Below, one piece after another: positions 25,831 through 36,219 of a stretch of DNA of 64,000 nt (positions within the stretch are counted from its first letter, which is position 1; each line of letters starts with the position of its first letter). The stretch is taken from the NCBI GenBank assembly GCA_021734025.1, contig JAIPJS010000007.1, positions 28,441-92,440 on the forward strand, given 5' to 3'. The position numbers were made by a program, and so were the translations under genes. The notes beneath the pieces are model-generated. The model saw nothing but the letters and a program-made list of their open reading frames with translations. It did no database searches and was not told the origin of the DNA. Source of the DNA: Fidelibacterota bacterium (lineage in GTDB: Bacteria; Fidelibacterota; JAANXI01).

Positions 25831-28800
25831 TCAGCCATTCTCTCCGGCGAGCCGTGCCATCTGCAGCAAATAAAACCGGAGCAGTGTCTGTTCCTCCTGG
25901 TCCAGCGCCTGCTCTTCAATTTTGACCAGGCGCTCCACGTCCCGGAGCGCGCGGATTACATCCACCGGTACCTCGGAAACGTTTTCCGGGATCTGGGTGA
26001 GATATTGCACCACGGTGTGTAAAAATTGTCGCATGGAGTCGTCCTGCACATTTTTCAGCAGATCGGTCACCTGTGAGCCCAGACGGACCGCTTGAGTGGG
26101 ATCGCTGGTAAACCGGGATCCACCGGCGTCCTCGTGCTGGGTCAGTGTCTGGATGGCATGTGCCAGCTCCACAAATCGTTCCACCTGCTCGCGGATCGGT
26201 TCGCCAACCAGGTTCCATGTTTTCGCGCGCCATTCCCTGATACGGCCTGGCATCCGGAGCAGGTCTTCCATGTGAACCTGCCACTTTCCGTTGGAGCGCC
26301 CGGCTGATTTCCTCTTTGGAATAAGTGATTCCAGAGAAGTGTTGAACAGGTCAGGCTGGAGAAGTACGGCGAGATCCGGGCGGAAGAACTGGAGGAGTTC
26401 CAGATTAAAGCCGTTCCCGGTGAAAAATTCATCCGGATCGAGTCCCTGACGCCGTAACAACTCTTTTTGCAGCGGTCTGATATACTGCTGCATGGCCGCG
26501 TAATCCTCATGCAGAGCGGAGAATGCCGAATTGCTGGCCGGAAAGAGTGGCTCCATCTGGCCGATGTATTTGAGTTCGGTATCCTGATAAATTCGGAGCG
26601 TGTGAAGAATATCGTACACCGGCAGTTGCGGGAGGATATGTTTCCGGATTTGCGCCAGTCCCTCGTTGTCACTTGTGCGGGAGTCCTGGAATTCCCGGAG
26701 TGCCCGGAAGAGTCCGGTAGTCAGCTGATTAATGCCCAGTACCATAGTCTGGGAACGATTGTGCCCGATAGCACGGAGCAGGCTGCCGTGTTGCGAAAGC
26801 GGGAGGGTTTGAGCAATCTTTTGAACGATCTGCTGTCCCACGTTTTCGTCGCTGTCACGGCTGGGACGAACCACCGGGCGATCCCTGAGTGAGGGCGTGG
26901 TTCGCGCGATGAAATAGGAGATTACGTGAATGCCGACCACATCTTCCGGCCGTCCGTACAGGATCTGCCGGAAGTTATTGGTCATGAGATCCGTTAATTC
27001 CTCGTACACCGGATTCTGGTGGCCCCGCGTCAGCATCTCCAGATCCTGGGCGCCGCGTTCTTTGAATTCCAGGCGGGTATTGACGAGTGGCTCGGAGGCA
27101 CGCGCCAGTTTTTCTTCGTATGACTGCTGGGATTTCGTCACGTGGTGAAAGAGCTCGATTCGCTGGTTATTGGTCAGTGACCGCAGCCGTTCAAATACAT
27201 TACTTTGGAACGTCCGAAACTCGCCACCGGCCCAGACACCCCGGAGTGGACTCCGCGCATACGCGAGACTCCGGCGCCCGGCTTCCGAGAGGTTGCGTTT
27301 GAGCTGTAGCGCATCCGGGCGCGATATCTCAGTTGATGGCAATCCGGCATTGCCGTCGAAATAGCCACCCTGGCGTTGCATCGGTTCGCCGCTGCCCAGT
27401 TTCATCCGGATGTTCCCGACCAGGCCGTGGTTTGTAAGCCAGCGCATGGCGCGGTGCTTGGCCTCCTTGTACAGCTCGGCTCCGGCCAATTGGCTCATCT
27501 GCTGGCTCAGATCCGACCCGGCCACGAACAGCTCGCAGACCATCTCGCTGAATCGCTGAATTTGAGACTGGTCGAGCTTCCGGCTGTGTCCGGCGTAATC
27601 CCACACGCTGTCCAGATACGACTCCAGATTGTGCACTGTATCCACATCCTCGAAAAGCGGCACCACCTTAATTCGCGGAAGGTCGAGTCCGGGATTGTCC
27701 CGCAGGACTTCATCGCGACGGGACCGGAGCTTTCGTTCCAAAGATATGAACGCCTCCGGTTCGTCGGACATGCTGATCTGCAACGCCATCACCAGGCCGG
27801 GATGCCCGTACTTCCCGGCGATCTCGTTGATTTCGGTGATGTTGTGCACCGTGGCATCGATGGCAAACTGGTCCTGTGCCAGGATCATTTTTTGGTGAAT
27901 GCGCGGGGTTAACACGAAGCGTTTCAGGATATCCCGGTATGTACCGGCCTTAAGAGCCACCGCCGGATCCTCGAGGTGTTGCTCCAATACGTCGAGATTT
28001 TTCCGTAGCGTCTTCCGCAATCGCTGGTTCAGCGCAAAATAGTATTCCAGGTTTTCCCGGCGCTGATCCCGGAGTTTACGCATCTTGCGCTCTAACCGAT
28101 CATTATGTTGCCAGAGCGCCCTGACCGGATCCCTGGCCAGCCGGAGTCGCATTCCGAGTTTCCGGAGTTTGCCCGGTTGCACGCCGAACGGTAACACCTG
28201 CTGGTAGCGCTTTTCCAACTGATTGGTCAGCGATGTGATTTCATTCAGCAGGTCCCAGAATTCGCGCTTACTGGCATCCAGCCTCCGGATGTCATCCAGG
28301 AGTTCTGTGGAAATTTCTATGGTTTTATCCCGTTCCGAAAGAGATTGTAATATCCCCGAAAGTTGGGAAACGTTCTCCAGCAGGGCGGCCGCCGCCAGAC
28401 GGTGTCCCTGTCCCGATGGCCGGGTACTGCCGTCCCAGTCACCCCAGAAGGAGAGCAACAGCGGCATATCCAGGTTATACCGGAGCCGGGCATACTCCTC
28501 AGTGCCGACCATCATGCGCAGATCGTTCACCAGTTCGCTCATCTCCTCCCTGGAAAGCAGCGGCACATTTGTGCCCAGATATTCTTCGATGAGTTCGTCC
28601 GAAATTTCGTCCGGTCGGTGCTCAGGAATCCGCTCCCCGTTGAGTAGACTTTGAAACAGTTTGTTCGCCAGTATATCCACCTTCAGCGAGTTCATCTGCG
28701 TGGGATGGACGGTCCGGTCGAACATCCGATTCCTGAAATTTTCTTCTTTGGAATCCAGAGATGTCGGGATTAACTCACGTTCGAGTTGTTTGAGAACGGA

Positions 28801-31461
28801 TTCCTTATTCCGACTGGTTGTTTGTGACACCAGCGATTGGGCCATCTCCATTCTGTCTTTGAATTGTGTCGTCAGCGTTTCAAGTCGCTCCGGGAGATGA
28901 GACCGGGAAAAAATAGCCGCGTACCGCTCGGTATCGATTTCTCTGGAAAATTTCCGAAGCTCTCCGGCTATTTTTTCTTTGGAAAGCGTGGCGAGTCTCG
29001 CGGATAGTTCATTCCAGCGGTTTGCAGCATGATCGAAATGATTGGAACCGGGAGATTTCCGAACCGGCGGCGGAAGCGGTTCCCTGCTATAATTGGCGGC
29101 TTCTTCGCTGATAAGCCGGTTGAGGTCGATCAGTACCCGCCGGGCTTTATGCCGGAGTTCTTCCGCAGGATCAGCGCCGCCCAGGGTGAGGCGGAAGCTC
29201 TTGCGCGCCAGATCGAACCCTTCGGATGTTCTCGCAAAAGTGGTGAGCGGAACCAGGCCGATACCGCGGGTGGCCAGACCGATACCCAGCCAGTCCAGCG
29301 AGATGCCCGCGGGCAATTCGTCGATGGTGAGGTGCGGGTACATGGCGCCCTGCGGTGCACGGATACGAATGCCAAACGGATTCCGTTCTTCCGGCAGCGC
29401 TTCATGAGCATCCAACAGCGCCTGGAGGCGATCGTGTAAAATAGTATTCCTCATTTGCCAGAATTGACGTATATCTTCCTCGTGATTCCGGTAAAACAGG
29501 GAAGCGATGAGCACGGCAAATGTGTTCGGTACGATGCCGGCATTCATTGTGCTAAACCGCGCGAGAATCTCTTTGTCAGGGATATGTGCTACGGCCAACC
29601 GCGCACCGGCAAAGCAGTCGGTTTTGGAAAGGGAGTGAACGGTTATCAGGTTCCGGAGCTGGCTCGCCCGGATATGACCGCTCCGTTTAAGATCCTTCGC
29701 CAGGGCACGCATCGTTGGCGGACCGTTGAGAGATTCCATCGGGCCAAGATTTTCGTAAGCCAGGTCGTCAATCACGGTGATATCGTGGCTGAGTAGCCAC
29801 CGGAGCAGAAGTTTGACTTCTGAGGATTCGAATACCCTGCCGCTGGCGTTATGCGGATTGTTAAGGACAAATGCGCCGTACTCCCGCCATTCCGGATCAG
29901 CTTCCAGTTTTCCTCTGATATGATCGATGATGGCGCGGGCATCCAATGTCAGATTTTCACCCAGAGATACCGCCTCCACAGAGGGGAAGCAGTGCTCGTA
30001 CGTCCAGCTCAGGTCCGGTACCACGGCTTCACGAATTCCGCAGTGGAATCCCAGGAGACTCAACGCTGTCCTCGCAGAGCCGCTGACGACAGCGGCTGAT
30101 TCGGATTCGTATTCCGGATGATGCCGTAAGAACTGACTCAGCAGACTTTCGGTGATCTCTCCGGCGCTGAAACCGGGGTTACCGTGAACATATTTTTCAA
30201 CGATTTCATGTCGATCCATTCCCATGAGCGGATCGGAAATACCTGCATCCTCCGGGAGTACGGAGCGTCCCAAACGATCGCTGGTATCAGCCAGCCGCTC
30301 AACAAGCGATTCCGCCTTTGCCGCTCGACTTTCTACTATGTCTTGAATCCTGCTACCAAATCGTTCTGCCACTTCTGCTGTATATTCAAATTCTGTGATC
30401 GATGACGGATCAGCGACTTGCTTTTGACTATTTTCCTCTGATTCAGGTCCTCCGGAATCTCCTGAAAAAGCTCGTTCAATCTGTGTGGTGAGGAGGACGA
30501 TTTCCGCTCCGGAGGGCGTGCCCTTGAGCTGGAAGTGAATGGTCTCGAACAGTTTCACAAATTCCGCGTAGCCGGCGACGATGTTGAGAGAATCCGCGGT
30601 TATGGAAGAATGAATGGCAGATGGAGAGATGAACCGCAGCACCTGGTTCAGCATACCCGCTTCTCTGGCCAAAGAATGATGATTCAGCGCATCGTTCATC
30701 TCGATGAAAAACAGAGGATAGTCGAGGCTCATCCGGCGAAGTTCCCGGCGGACGCTTTCGCTATGAATCCTGAATAGCACCAGAAAGTGCGGTGATTCCG
30801 GAAGTGAGTTAAAGTGTGCAGAGAGAGTATCGAGGAGTTTTAACTCATCCGCTGGCGTTTGCGGGAATACCAGATTATCAAAGCTTGTCAGATGTTTCGG
30901 TATGGTATTGCCATGGGCAAATATGTACGCTGGCGTCTGGATGAGTGTGCGCGAAAGCGCATGAAACAGCACCCGCATATTTTCCTGTTGCCCACCGGCG
31001 CTGAATACGATTTCCCGGGGTTCGGATTCTCCGCCCAGACCGTAATCCAGTCCTTCTCGCTGGTGGTCCTCAAGCCAGCCCCGGACCAGTTCGGCGAGCC
31101 GGTTGGGTTTTTTTCCGGAGTAGCCACCTCTGGGGATATATTGGACGCTCTGTTCCATCGCCTCATACAGAAGCCGGAGTGTGGATTCATCGGTCTCTTC
31201 CCACAGAGTATTTTCTAGTGATCCCCTGAGCGCATCACCGTTCTGATGCCGGACATTTTTCGGTAAACCGGACACCAATGAGGCATATATATCCAGAAGT
31301 CGGCTGTCGTATACCGGATGACCGATATGGAAATTGACCTTTTTCTCCGCCGGGACGGGCGCGTTTGCTGTGGTCTCACTGATATCCGAGACCTTGACGG
31401 CCTTGAGCGGCCGAAGGCGAAAATATTCCAACGAACCGGGTGTAGTGGATGGTTGGTTCAT
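25831..31461 (-). CDS. Giant 1876-aa multidomain protein: unknown N-terminal region, PLP-dependent aminotransferase (fold type I)-like domain, and C-terminal divergent PEP-carboxylase-like region
   Basis: Aminotransferase motifs NNPHNASG (NPxNPTG-like), IDDLAYENL (DxAY), HSLSKTDCFAGARLA (SxSKxxxxxGxRxG with Lys). PEPC-like blocks ISMSDEP (ISMA/T), KVVPLFEDVD (VPLFET), EMVCELFVAGSDLSQQ...LAGAELYKEA (MVMIGYSDSxKDxG...W.LYKAQ), HGLVGNIRMKLGSGEPMQRQGG (G-rich loop), GVWAGGEFRTFQSN (GGLRVTEQGE). Continuous ORF with no frameshift. Confidence 0.6.
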   Translation of the reverse strand: MNQPSTTPGSLEYFRLRPLKAVKVSDISETTANAPVPAEKKVNFHIGHPVYDSRLLDIYASLVSGLPKNVRHQNGDALRGSLENTLWEETDESTLRLLYEAMEQSVQYIPRGGYSGKKPNRLAELVRGWLEDHQREGLDYGLGGESEPREIVFSAGGQQENMRVLFHALSRTLIQTPAYIFAHGNTIPKHLTSFDNLVFPQTPADELKLLDTLSAHFNSLPESPHFLVLFRIHSESVRRELRRMSLDYPLFFIEMNDALNHHSLAREAGMLNQVLRFISPSAIHSSITADSLNIVAGYAEFVKLFETIHFQLKGTPSGAEIVLLTTQIERAFSGDSGGPESEENSQKQVADPSSITEFEYTAEVAERFGSRIQDIVESRAAKAESLVERLADTSDRLGRSVLPEDAGISDPLMGMDRHEIVEKYVHGNPGFSAGEITESLLSQFLRHHPEYESESAAVVSGSARTALSLLGFHCGIREAVVPDLSWTYEHCFPSVEAVSLGENLTLDARAIIDHIRGKLEADPEWREYGAFVLNNPHNASGRVFESSEVKLLLRWLLSHDITVIDDLAYENLGPMESLNGPPTMRALAKDLKRSGHIRASQLRNLITVHSLSKTDCFAGARLAVAHIPDKEILARFSTMNAGIVPNTFAVLIASLFYRNHEEDIRQFWQMRNTILHDRLQALLDAHEALPEERNPFGIRIRAPQGAMYPHLTIDELPAGISLDWLGIGLATRGIGLVPLTTFARTSEGFDLARKSFRLTLGGADPAEELRHKARRVLIDLNRLISEEAANYSREPLPPPVRKSPGSNHFDHAANRWNELSARLATLSKEKIAGELRKFSREIDTERYAAIFSRSHLPERLETLTTQFKDRMEMAQSLVSQTTSRNKESVLKQLERELIPTSLDSKEENFRNRMFDRTVHPTQMNSLKVDILANKLFQSLLNGERIPEHRPDEISDELIEEYLGTNVPLLSREEMSELVNDLRMMVGTEEYARLRYNLDMPLLLSFWGDWDGSTRPSGQGHRLAAAALLENVSQLSGILQSLSERDKTIEISTELLDDIRRLDASKREFWDLLNEITSLTNQLEKRYQQVLPFGVQPGKLRKLGMRLRLARDPVRALWQHNDRLERKMRKLRDQRRENLEYYFALNQRLRKTLRKNLDVLEQHLEDPAVALKAGTYRDILKRFVLTPRIHQKMILAQDQFAIDATVHNITEINEIAGKYGHPGLVMALQISMSDEPEAFISLERKLRSRRDEVLRDNPGLDLPRIKVVPLFEDVDTVHNLESYLDSVWDYAGHSRKLDQSQIQRFSEMVCELFVAGSDLSQQMSQLAGAELYKEAKHRAMRWLTNHGLVGNIRMKLGSGEPMQRQGGYFDGNAGLPSTEISRPDALQLKRNLSEAGRRSLAYARSPLRGVWAGGEFRTFQSNVFERLRSLTNNQRIELFHHVTKSQQSYEEKLARASEPLVNTRLEFKERGAQDLEMLTRGHQNPVYEELTDLMTNNFRQILYGRPEDVVGIHVISYFIARTTPSLRDRPVVRPSRDSDENVGQQIVQKIAQTLPLSQHGSLLRAIGHNRSQTMVLGINQLTTGLFRALREFQDSRTSDNEGLAQIRKHILPQLPVYDILHTLRIYQDTELKYIGQMEPLFPASNSAFSALHEDYAAMQQYIRPLQKELLRRQGLDPDEFFTGNGFNLELLQFFRPDLAVLLQPDLFNTSLESLIPKRKSAGRSNGKWQVHMEDLLRMPGRIREWRAKTWNLVGEPIREQVERFVELAHAIQTLTQHEDAGGSRFTSDPTQAVRLGSQVTDLLKNVQDDSMRQFLHTVVQYLTQIPENVSEVPVDVIRALRDVERLVKIEEQALDQEEQTLLRFYLLQMARLAGENG

Positions 31462-31510
31462 CTGACTTTACTAAGTAATTTGGTTTAAAGAGGTTCAGAC
31501 CGAGCCGACA

Positions 31511-32491
31511 TTATTCGGCCGTATCGGAAGTTTTGTCCTTTCCCACGGATTGCCCGAGATTCTGCATGAGATTCCGCAGGGTTTGCATGAGCGGTGTCTC
31601 TTCGTCAAAATCCTTGGAGGAGAGCGAAACCACGGTTTTGGCGTTCTTTAGGTTCTGGCTGGCTTCCGCGAGCCGGGCGATTTGCGGCGTCAGCATCAGC
31701 AGCTCCGGATTCTCCCTGAACAGTTCAACTTCCTTCGCGTCCAGCTCGAACTGCATCTTCCGGCGCTCGATGTCTTCCTTCACGCGCTTGGTCTCCAGCG
31801 CCGATTCCCGATCTTCCTTCTGCTCCTGCAAGTCGAGTTTTTCCATGGAAAGTTTGTGCTCCGAACGGGCAATTTCCTCGTCCGCTTTGATCCGCGACTG
31901 GGCGGCGGTGATACGCGCTTCCTGTTCCGTAACTTCGGTCTGTTCCTTGATGCGGGCGGACTCGCGCTGACGCATGGCCGTGGCTATCTCCTCATCGACC
32001 GGTTCAATGGCCTGCACGGTGACGGAGATCACCTCCAGCCCCAGTTCTTCGACCCGGTCTCCAATCTGTTCATCCAGATAGCGGAACAGTTTTTCCGTGG
32101 TAAGCTCTTCGATTTCGTGGTTCTCGGTAAATGCCCGCACTTTGGACTGCAAGAGCAATTCGAACTCACCCGCCGCCTGGGACACGGCATCTTCCTGCCA
32201 TCCGCCGGCACGCACCAGCGCCGGCAGGTGATCCTGGTCGGCAGCTACCGAGGCAGATAACTTGACAAACACCGCCAGTTTTCCGGTGGCTTCGGCTTCA
32301 ATCTCCAGAACGGATGAGTGGACATGCGTTGGTAGTGCAAGCGAAAAGTGCCGTGGATAAATCGGCATACGGCGACGACTTATGTCACCGTCGGATTCCC
32401 CGAGCACAATTTGATCCGGACGACGAATCCGGTATTCGAACAGCACCACAATAAGGATAATCGCAACAACTATCGCAATGCTCAATTCCAT
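31511..32491 (-). CDS. SPFH/band-7 (flotillin-like) membrane protein with long coiled coil
   Basis: N-terminal TM helix. PHB-domain-like segment. Extended E/K/R-rich heptad region. Confidence 0.7.
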   Translation of the reverse strand: MELSIAIVVAIILIVVLFEYRIRRPDQIVLGESDGDISRRRMPIYPRHFSLALPTHVHSSVLEIEAEATGKLAVFVKLSASVAADQDHLPALVRAGGWQEDAVSQAAGEFELLLQSKVRAFTENHEIEELTTEKLFRYLDEQIGDRVEELGLEVISVTVQAIEPVDEEIATAMRQRESARIKEQTEVTEQEARITAAQSRIKADEEIARSEHKLSMEKLDLQEQKEDRESALETKRVKEDIERRKMQFELDAKEVELFRENPELLMLTPQIARLAEASQNLKNAKTVVSLSSKDFDEETPLMQTLRNLMQNLGQSVGKDKTSDTAE

Positions 32492-32707
32492 GGAAAATTC
32501 TCCTCACCATTAAACATGCTTCAAAAATAATTACGCAAAATCAAAATCCGCTTGAAACTACCGATATTTCTGTTATTTGTACACAGTTTTTCCACCGATT
32601 TTTGCGGAAGTTTCCAAAGATTCCGGAGATATTAGGAGTTGATTGTCTCCTCCACGACGGATAACGTTTTTTCTAGTGAAAAGTCAAGATAGAAACAAAT
32701 CCAACCG

Positions 32708-33247
32708 ATGCGCGAAAAATTAAGTATTCCGAGATTTGTACCGGACCGAAATCTACCTGAATATACCTTTATACCGGGAGAGGCTCCCCACCCCATAAAT
32801 GATCCTGAAGGACATTCCTATGGGAAGCCGGAACCCTCACCGGCATCACTTGATCCCGGAAATTGGAAACAATCCGGTTCTTATCTCTTTGGGATCGATC
32901 TGTTCAACCATGGCTTTTACTGGGAAGCACACGAGGAGTGGGAGGGATTGTGGCATGCGACAGGGCATACCACCGGCGCCGGGGATTTCCTGAAGGGACT
33001 CATTAAACTCGCAGCGGCCGGTGTAAAGATGCGCCAGCGGAATGAACATGGCAAAACGAAGCATTCCGGTGATGCGGGTGAAATTTTCAGGAATTTCCAG
33101 GAGAGGGGCATCGAAAAGTACGTCGGACTTTCACTGCAAACATTAGTGGAGTTTGCCAGAGATATTGGCGGACATCCGGACCTTGACAGCCAGCCGGATC
33201 CCTGGGAGCCGAAACCAATCTTTACAGAGCGATTGCTCCCGCAATGA
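32708..33247 (+). CDS. DUF309 domain protein
   Basis: GIDLFNHGFYWEAHEEWEGLWH is the DUF309 signature. Confidence 0.6.
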   Translation: MREKLSIPRFVPDRNLPEYTFIPGEAPHPINDPEGHSYGKPEPSPASLDPGNWKQSGSYLFGIDLFNHGFYWEAHEEWEGLWHATGHTTGAGDFLKGLIKLAAAGVKMRQRNEHGKTKHSGDAGEIFRNFQERGIEKYVGLSLQTLVEFARDIGGHPDLDSQPDPWEPKPIFTERLLPQ

Positions 33248-33348
33248 GTTTTCCGGAATACAATTCCGGACTGTTTCCTTGATTGCAATGCGAAATGATG
33301 TCTACTTTGTTTCATTAATTGATCGAAAGTGAAGATGAAGGAGGATTT

Positions 33349-34323
33349 ATGGAGTACACTTATTTAGGTCGTACCGGATTGCAGGTCAGCCGACTCTGTC
33401 TTGGCACAATGAATTTTGGACCACATACCAGCGAAGAAGACAGCTTTGCCATTATGAACCGGGCGCGGGAACTGGGAATCAACTTTTTCGATACCGCTAA
33501 TGTTTACGGCTGGAGCAAAGGGAAAGGCACCACGGAAAGGATTATTGGTAAATGGTTGGCGGAAGATTCTTCCCGACGTGATGAAATTGTGCTCGCTTCC
33601 AAGGTATACGGATCCATGGCGGACGGCGGCCCCAACGATGGGGGACTTTCCGCATATCATATCAAAAAAGCATGCGAGGACAGTCTCCGGCGGCTCCGGA
33701 CGGACCACCTGGATTTGTACCAGATGCACCACATCGATCGAAACACGCCGTGGGAGGAGATCTGGCAGGCCATGGAACAGTTGGTACGGGAAGGCAAGGT
33801 GTTGTACGTTGGCAGCAGCAATTTCCCGGGATGGAACATCGCCAAAGCACAGGAACTGGCATCCAAACGCAATTTTATGGGATTGGTGTCTGAGCAGAGT
33901 ATTTACAACCTGGGAAATCGGAACATCGAACTGGAAGTGATTCCCGCCTGTCAGGAATACGGATTGGGACTCATCCCGTGGAGCCCATTGAACAGCGGTA
34001 TGCTCGCCGGAGGAATGTCGGAAGTCTCTGAAGGCCGCCGTACCACCGATCGCGCGAAAAATTGGTTTGAGCCGCATAAAGAGGCACTGAAAGAGTACGA
34101 GACCTTTTGCGCAGAACTCGGAGAACATCCGGCGGTAGTTGCGCTGGCATGGCTCCAGGATCGGCCTGCCGTGACCGCACCGATTGTCGGTCCACGGACA
34201 TTAGAACAGTTGGAGTCGTCCGCCAGGGCGCTGGATTTTAAATTCAACGACGATATCCGCGAAAAACTGGACGAGATCTGGCCGGGACCCGGAGGCACTG
34301 CACCGGAAGCGTATGCGTGGTAA
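33349..34323 (+). CDS. Aldo/keto reductase
   Basis: MEYTYLGRTGLQVSRLCLGTMNFG, FFDTANVYG, the Lys/His context, and GAAGGAGGA ribosome-binding site. Confidence 0.85.
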   Translation: MEYTYLGRTGLQVSRLCLGTMNFGPHTSEEDSFAIMNRARELGINFFDTANVYGWSKGKGTTERIIGKWLAEDSSRRDEIVLASKVYGSMADGGPNDGGLSAYHIKKACEDSLRRLRTDHLDLYQMHHIDRNTPWEEIWQAMEQLVREGKVLYVGSSNFPGWNIAKAQELASKRNFMGLVSEQSIYNLGNRNIELEVIPACQEYGLGLIPWSPLNSGMLAGGMSEVSEGRRTTDRAKNWFEPHKEALKEYETFCAELGEHPAVVALAWLQDRPAVTAPIVGPRTLEQLESSARALDFKFNDDIREKLDEIWPGPGGTAPEAYAW

Positions 34324-34417
34324 CGACAAAGACAGCGGATGGCCGCTTGAAGCGCTATTCTCGGAATTTATGTTAACATGCTATATAATGAATAGCCCCG
34401 GGCTTCAGCCCGGGGTA

Positions 34418-35380
34418 TTATATGCGCCGCTCCGCATATTCCCTATATCGTTCAAACACCTCTTCCGATGACTCACTCAACTCGTCCTCCGGCGTATATT
34501 CCGTTCCATTAACTCCTGCCACCATCGCTTCGATACATTCGACAACGTCAGAGTGATAACCGCCTTCAAGCAGACCAAACAGTTCGTTTCCCAGCGACGC
34601 GATCCGCTTTCCGAATTCATGGTAACCCGATTGTGAATAATTGAGATTCAGCAGCGAATCTTGATGGTAGCCATCGAATCCGGCTGAGATGCCGATGACA
34701 TCCGGATCGAACGATTCAATTACCGGCAGCATCCGGTCGGTAAAATCCAGCAAAACGTCGTCCCCGCTGTTCTCAGGGACTGGCATATTGTAATGAAGGC
34801 CTTCGGCAGTGTTTTCACCCCGATGGTCCACTGTCACGTCGTATCCGGCGGCGGGATCGTGTCCGAGGTAAAAATACGGATAGGCGAATTCCTGATGGAT
34901 TGAGATGAACAGGATTTCGCCGGCATTGAAAAAGATGTGATCAGTGCCGTCGCCCTGGTGTCCGTCGATATCGAAAATACAGACCCGCTTACCATCATTG
35001 GACAGCATACGGGAGACGATTGCGATGTTGTTGAGAAAGCAGAATCCCTTGGCAGTGTCTTCAGTGGCATGGTGTCCCGGCGGCCGGGTACACGCGAAGT
35101 GCCCCTCACGAGCGGCTTTGGCGGCCAGCATCACAGACTTGAGCGCCGCCGGATAGGTAACGCTGTCGGTGAAGACTTCCGCAAGCATCCGGTTGTGCTT
35201 TCCAGCCGACTCAATCTTTTCCAGGTGATCCGAAGAATGCACTAATTTTGCCAAAGATTCGGCATCCAATTCAGGAACGACTTTCCGTCCAATTCGACGA
35301 ACGCCCTCGAGCCGATATGGGCCCTCAGGGACTTCGTTGCCCTTGTATTCTCTGGAGGATTTAGTATATATGACGTCCAT
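34418..35380 (-). CDS. Histone deacetylase-family (acetoin-utilisation AcuC / acetylpolyamine amidohydrolase-like) protein
   Basis: PGHHA, FCFLNN, IFDIDGHQGDGT. Start chosen at MDVIYTK (35380); a longer ORF extends to 35485. Confidence 0.8.
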   Translation of the reverse strand: MDVIYTKSSREYKGNEVPEGPYRLEGVRRIGRKVVPELDAESLAKLVHSSDHLEKIESAGKHNRMLAEVFTDSVTYPAALKSVMLAAKAAREGHFACTRPPGHHATEDTAKGFCFLNNIAIVSRMLSNDGKRVCIFDIDGHQGDGTDHIFFNAGEILFISIHQEFAYPYFYLGHDPAAGYDVTVDHRGENTAEGLHYNMPVPENSGDDVLLDFTDRMLPVIESFDPDVIGISAGFDGYHQDSLLNLNYSQSGYHEFGKRIASLGNELFGLLEGGYHSDVVECIEAMVAGVNGTEYTPEDELSESSEEVFERYREYAERRI

Positions 35381-35505
35381 ATTTTCCTGTTTTTGGTGCA
35401 ATGTAGATGTTAGCGCGGTTTCCCGCAACTTTGACACAGTGATTTCCCAGTGAAAGAAACCTGCTCTCTTTTGTATATTCTCCAAATTCCAGTTGGGAGA
35501 AAAGT

Positions 35506-35967
35506 ATGACCGATCTGAAAAAGTTAATTCACGATTTAGGCGACCAGCCGCATACCAGCGAGCAGTGGCACGACTGGTACAATCAGTTCCGTTCGAAGAC
35601 GGCGCTTGAACCGCACGATGTGACCCTGGAGGAGATCAGCGCCGACCGAATAGTCCTGCGCATGGAAATCGGGGACCACGCGCTACAGCCGTACGGTCTG
35701 CTCCACGGGGGCATGAGTATGATGCTGGCAGAATCGGCGGCAAGCATCCACGCCTGCTGGGATGTGGACCTCCGGAAACGGGTACCCGTTGGCATCGAGA
35801 TCAACGGTTCGCATCTGCGGCCGGCTACCGAAGGCGCTGTCCGGGTGGTGGGAGAGGTTATCAGGAAGAGCCGGACGCTGGTACATCATCACGTAGAAAT
35901 TATTCACGAGGAGACGGGGAAGGTCCTGTCGACGGTGCGGATGACGAATTTGTATAAGAAGATGTAA
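35506..35967 (+). CDS. PaaI/4HBT hotdog-fold thioesterase
   Basis: LHGGMSMMLAESAASIHA core motif. About 150 aa. Confidence 0.7.
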   Translation: MTDLKKLIHDLGDQPHTSEQWHDWYNQFRSKTALEPHDVTLEEISADRIVLRMEIGDHALQPYGLLHGGMSMMLAESAASIHACWDVDLRKRVPVGIEINGSHLRPATEGAVRVVGEVIRKSRTLVHHHVEIIHEETGKVLSTVRMTNLYKKM

Positions 35968-35995
35968 TAGAACACAGAATTTCACAAAAACGACG

Positions 35996-36152
35996 GACTA
36001 GAATACCAGTCATTCCGACAGGATACAAGTCGTTTAGGGAGGAAAGGGATGGCTCTATTACCCGGGTAAAACTAGTCATTCCGACCGAGCGTCAGTGAGC
36101 GGAGGAATCTGGTAATTCACCCTCTATGAATTCTTAATACGACTGGTATTCT
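35996..36152. mobile_element. MITE-like element (~157 bp) bounded by 13-14-bp terminal inverted repeats TAGAATACCAGTC / GACTGGTATTCTA, containing two direct copies of TAGTCATTCCGAC
   Basis: Inverted repeats read directly. Non-coding. Lies in a convergent intergenic spacer. Confidence 0.35.
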
Positions 36153-36219
36153 AATCTATGGGAAACAAAACCGTCGGCGACCCTGCTACGGCGGGGATCA
36201 CCGACGGGAGATTAGTTTT

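Noticed and set aside
34418-35485. Longer HDAC-family ORF starting at 35485
   Set aside because: The N-terminal 35 aa (MENIQKRAGFFHWEITVSK...) look non-conserved. Family members start near the MDVIYTK-type segment, so the start at 35380 is preferred. The longer form cannot be excluded.
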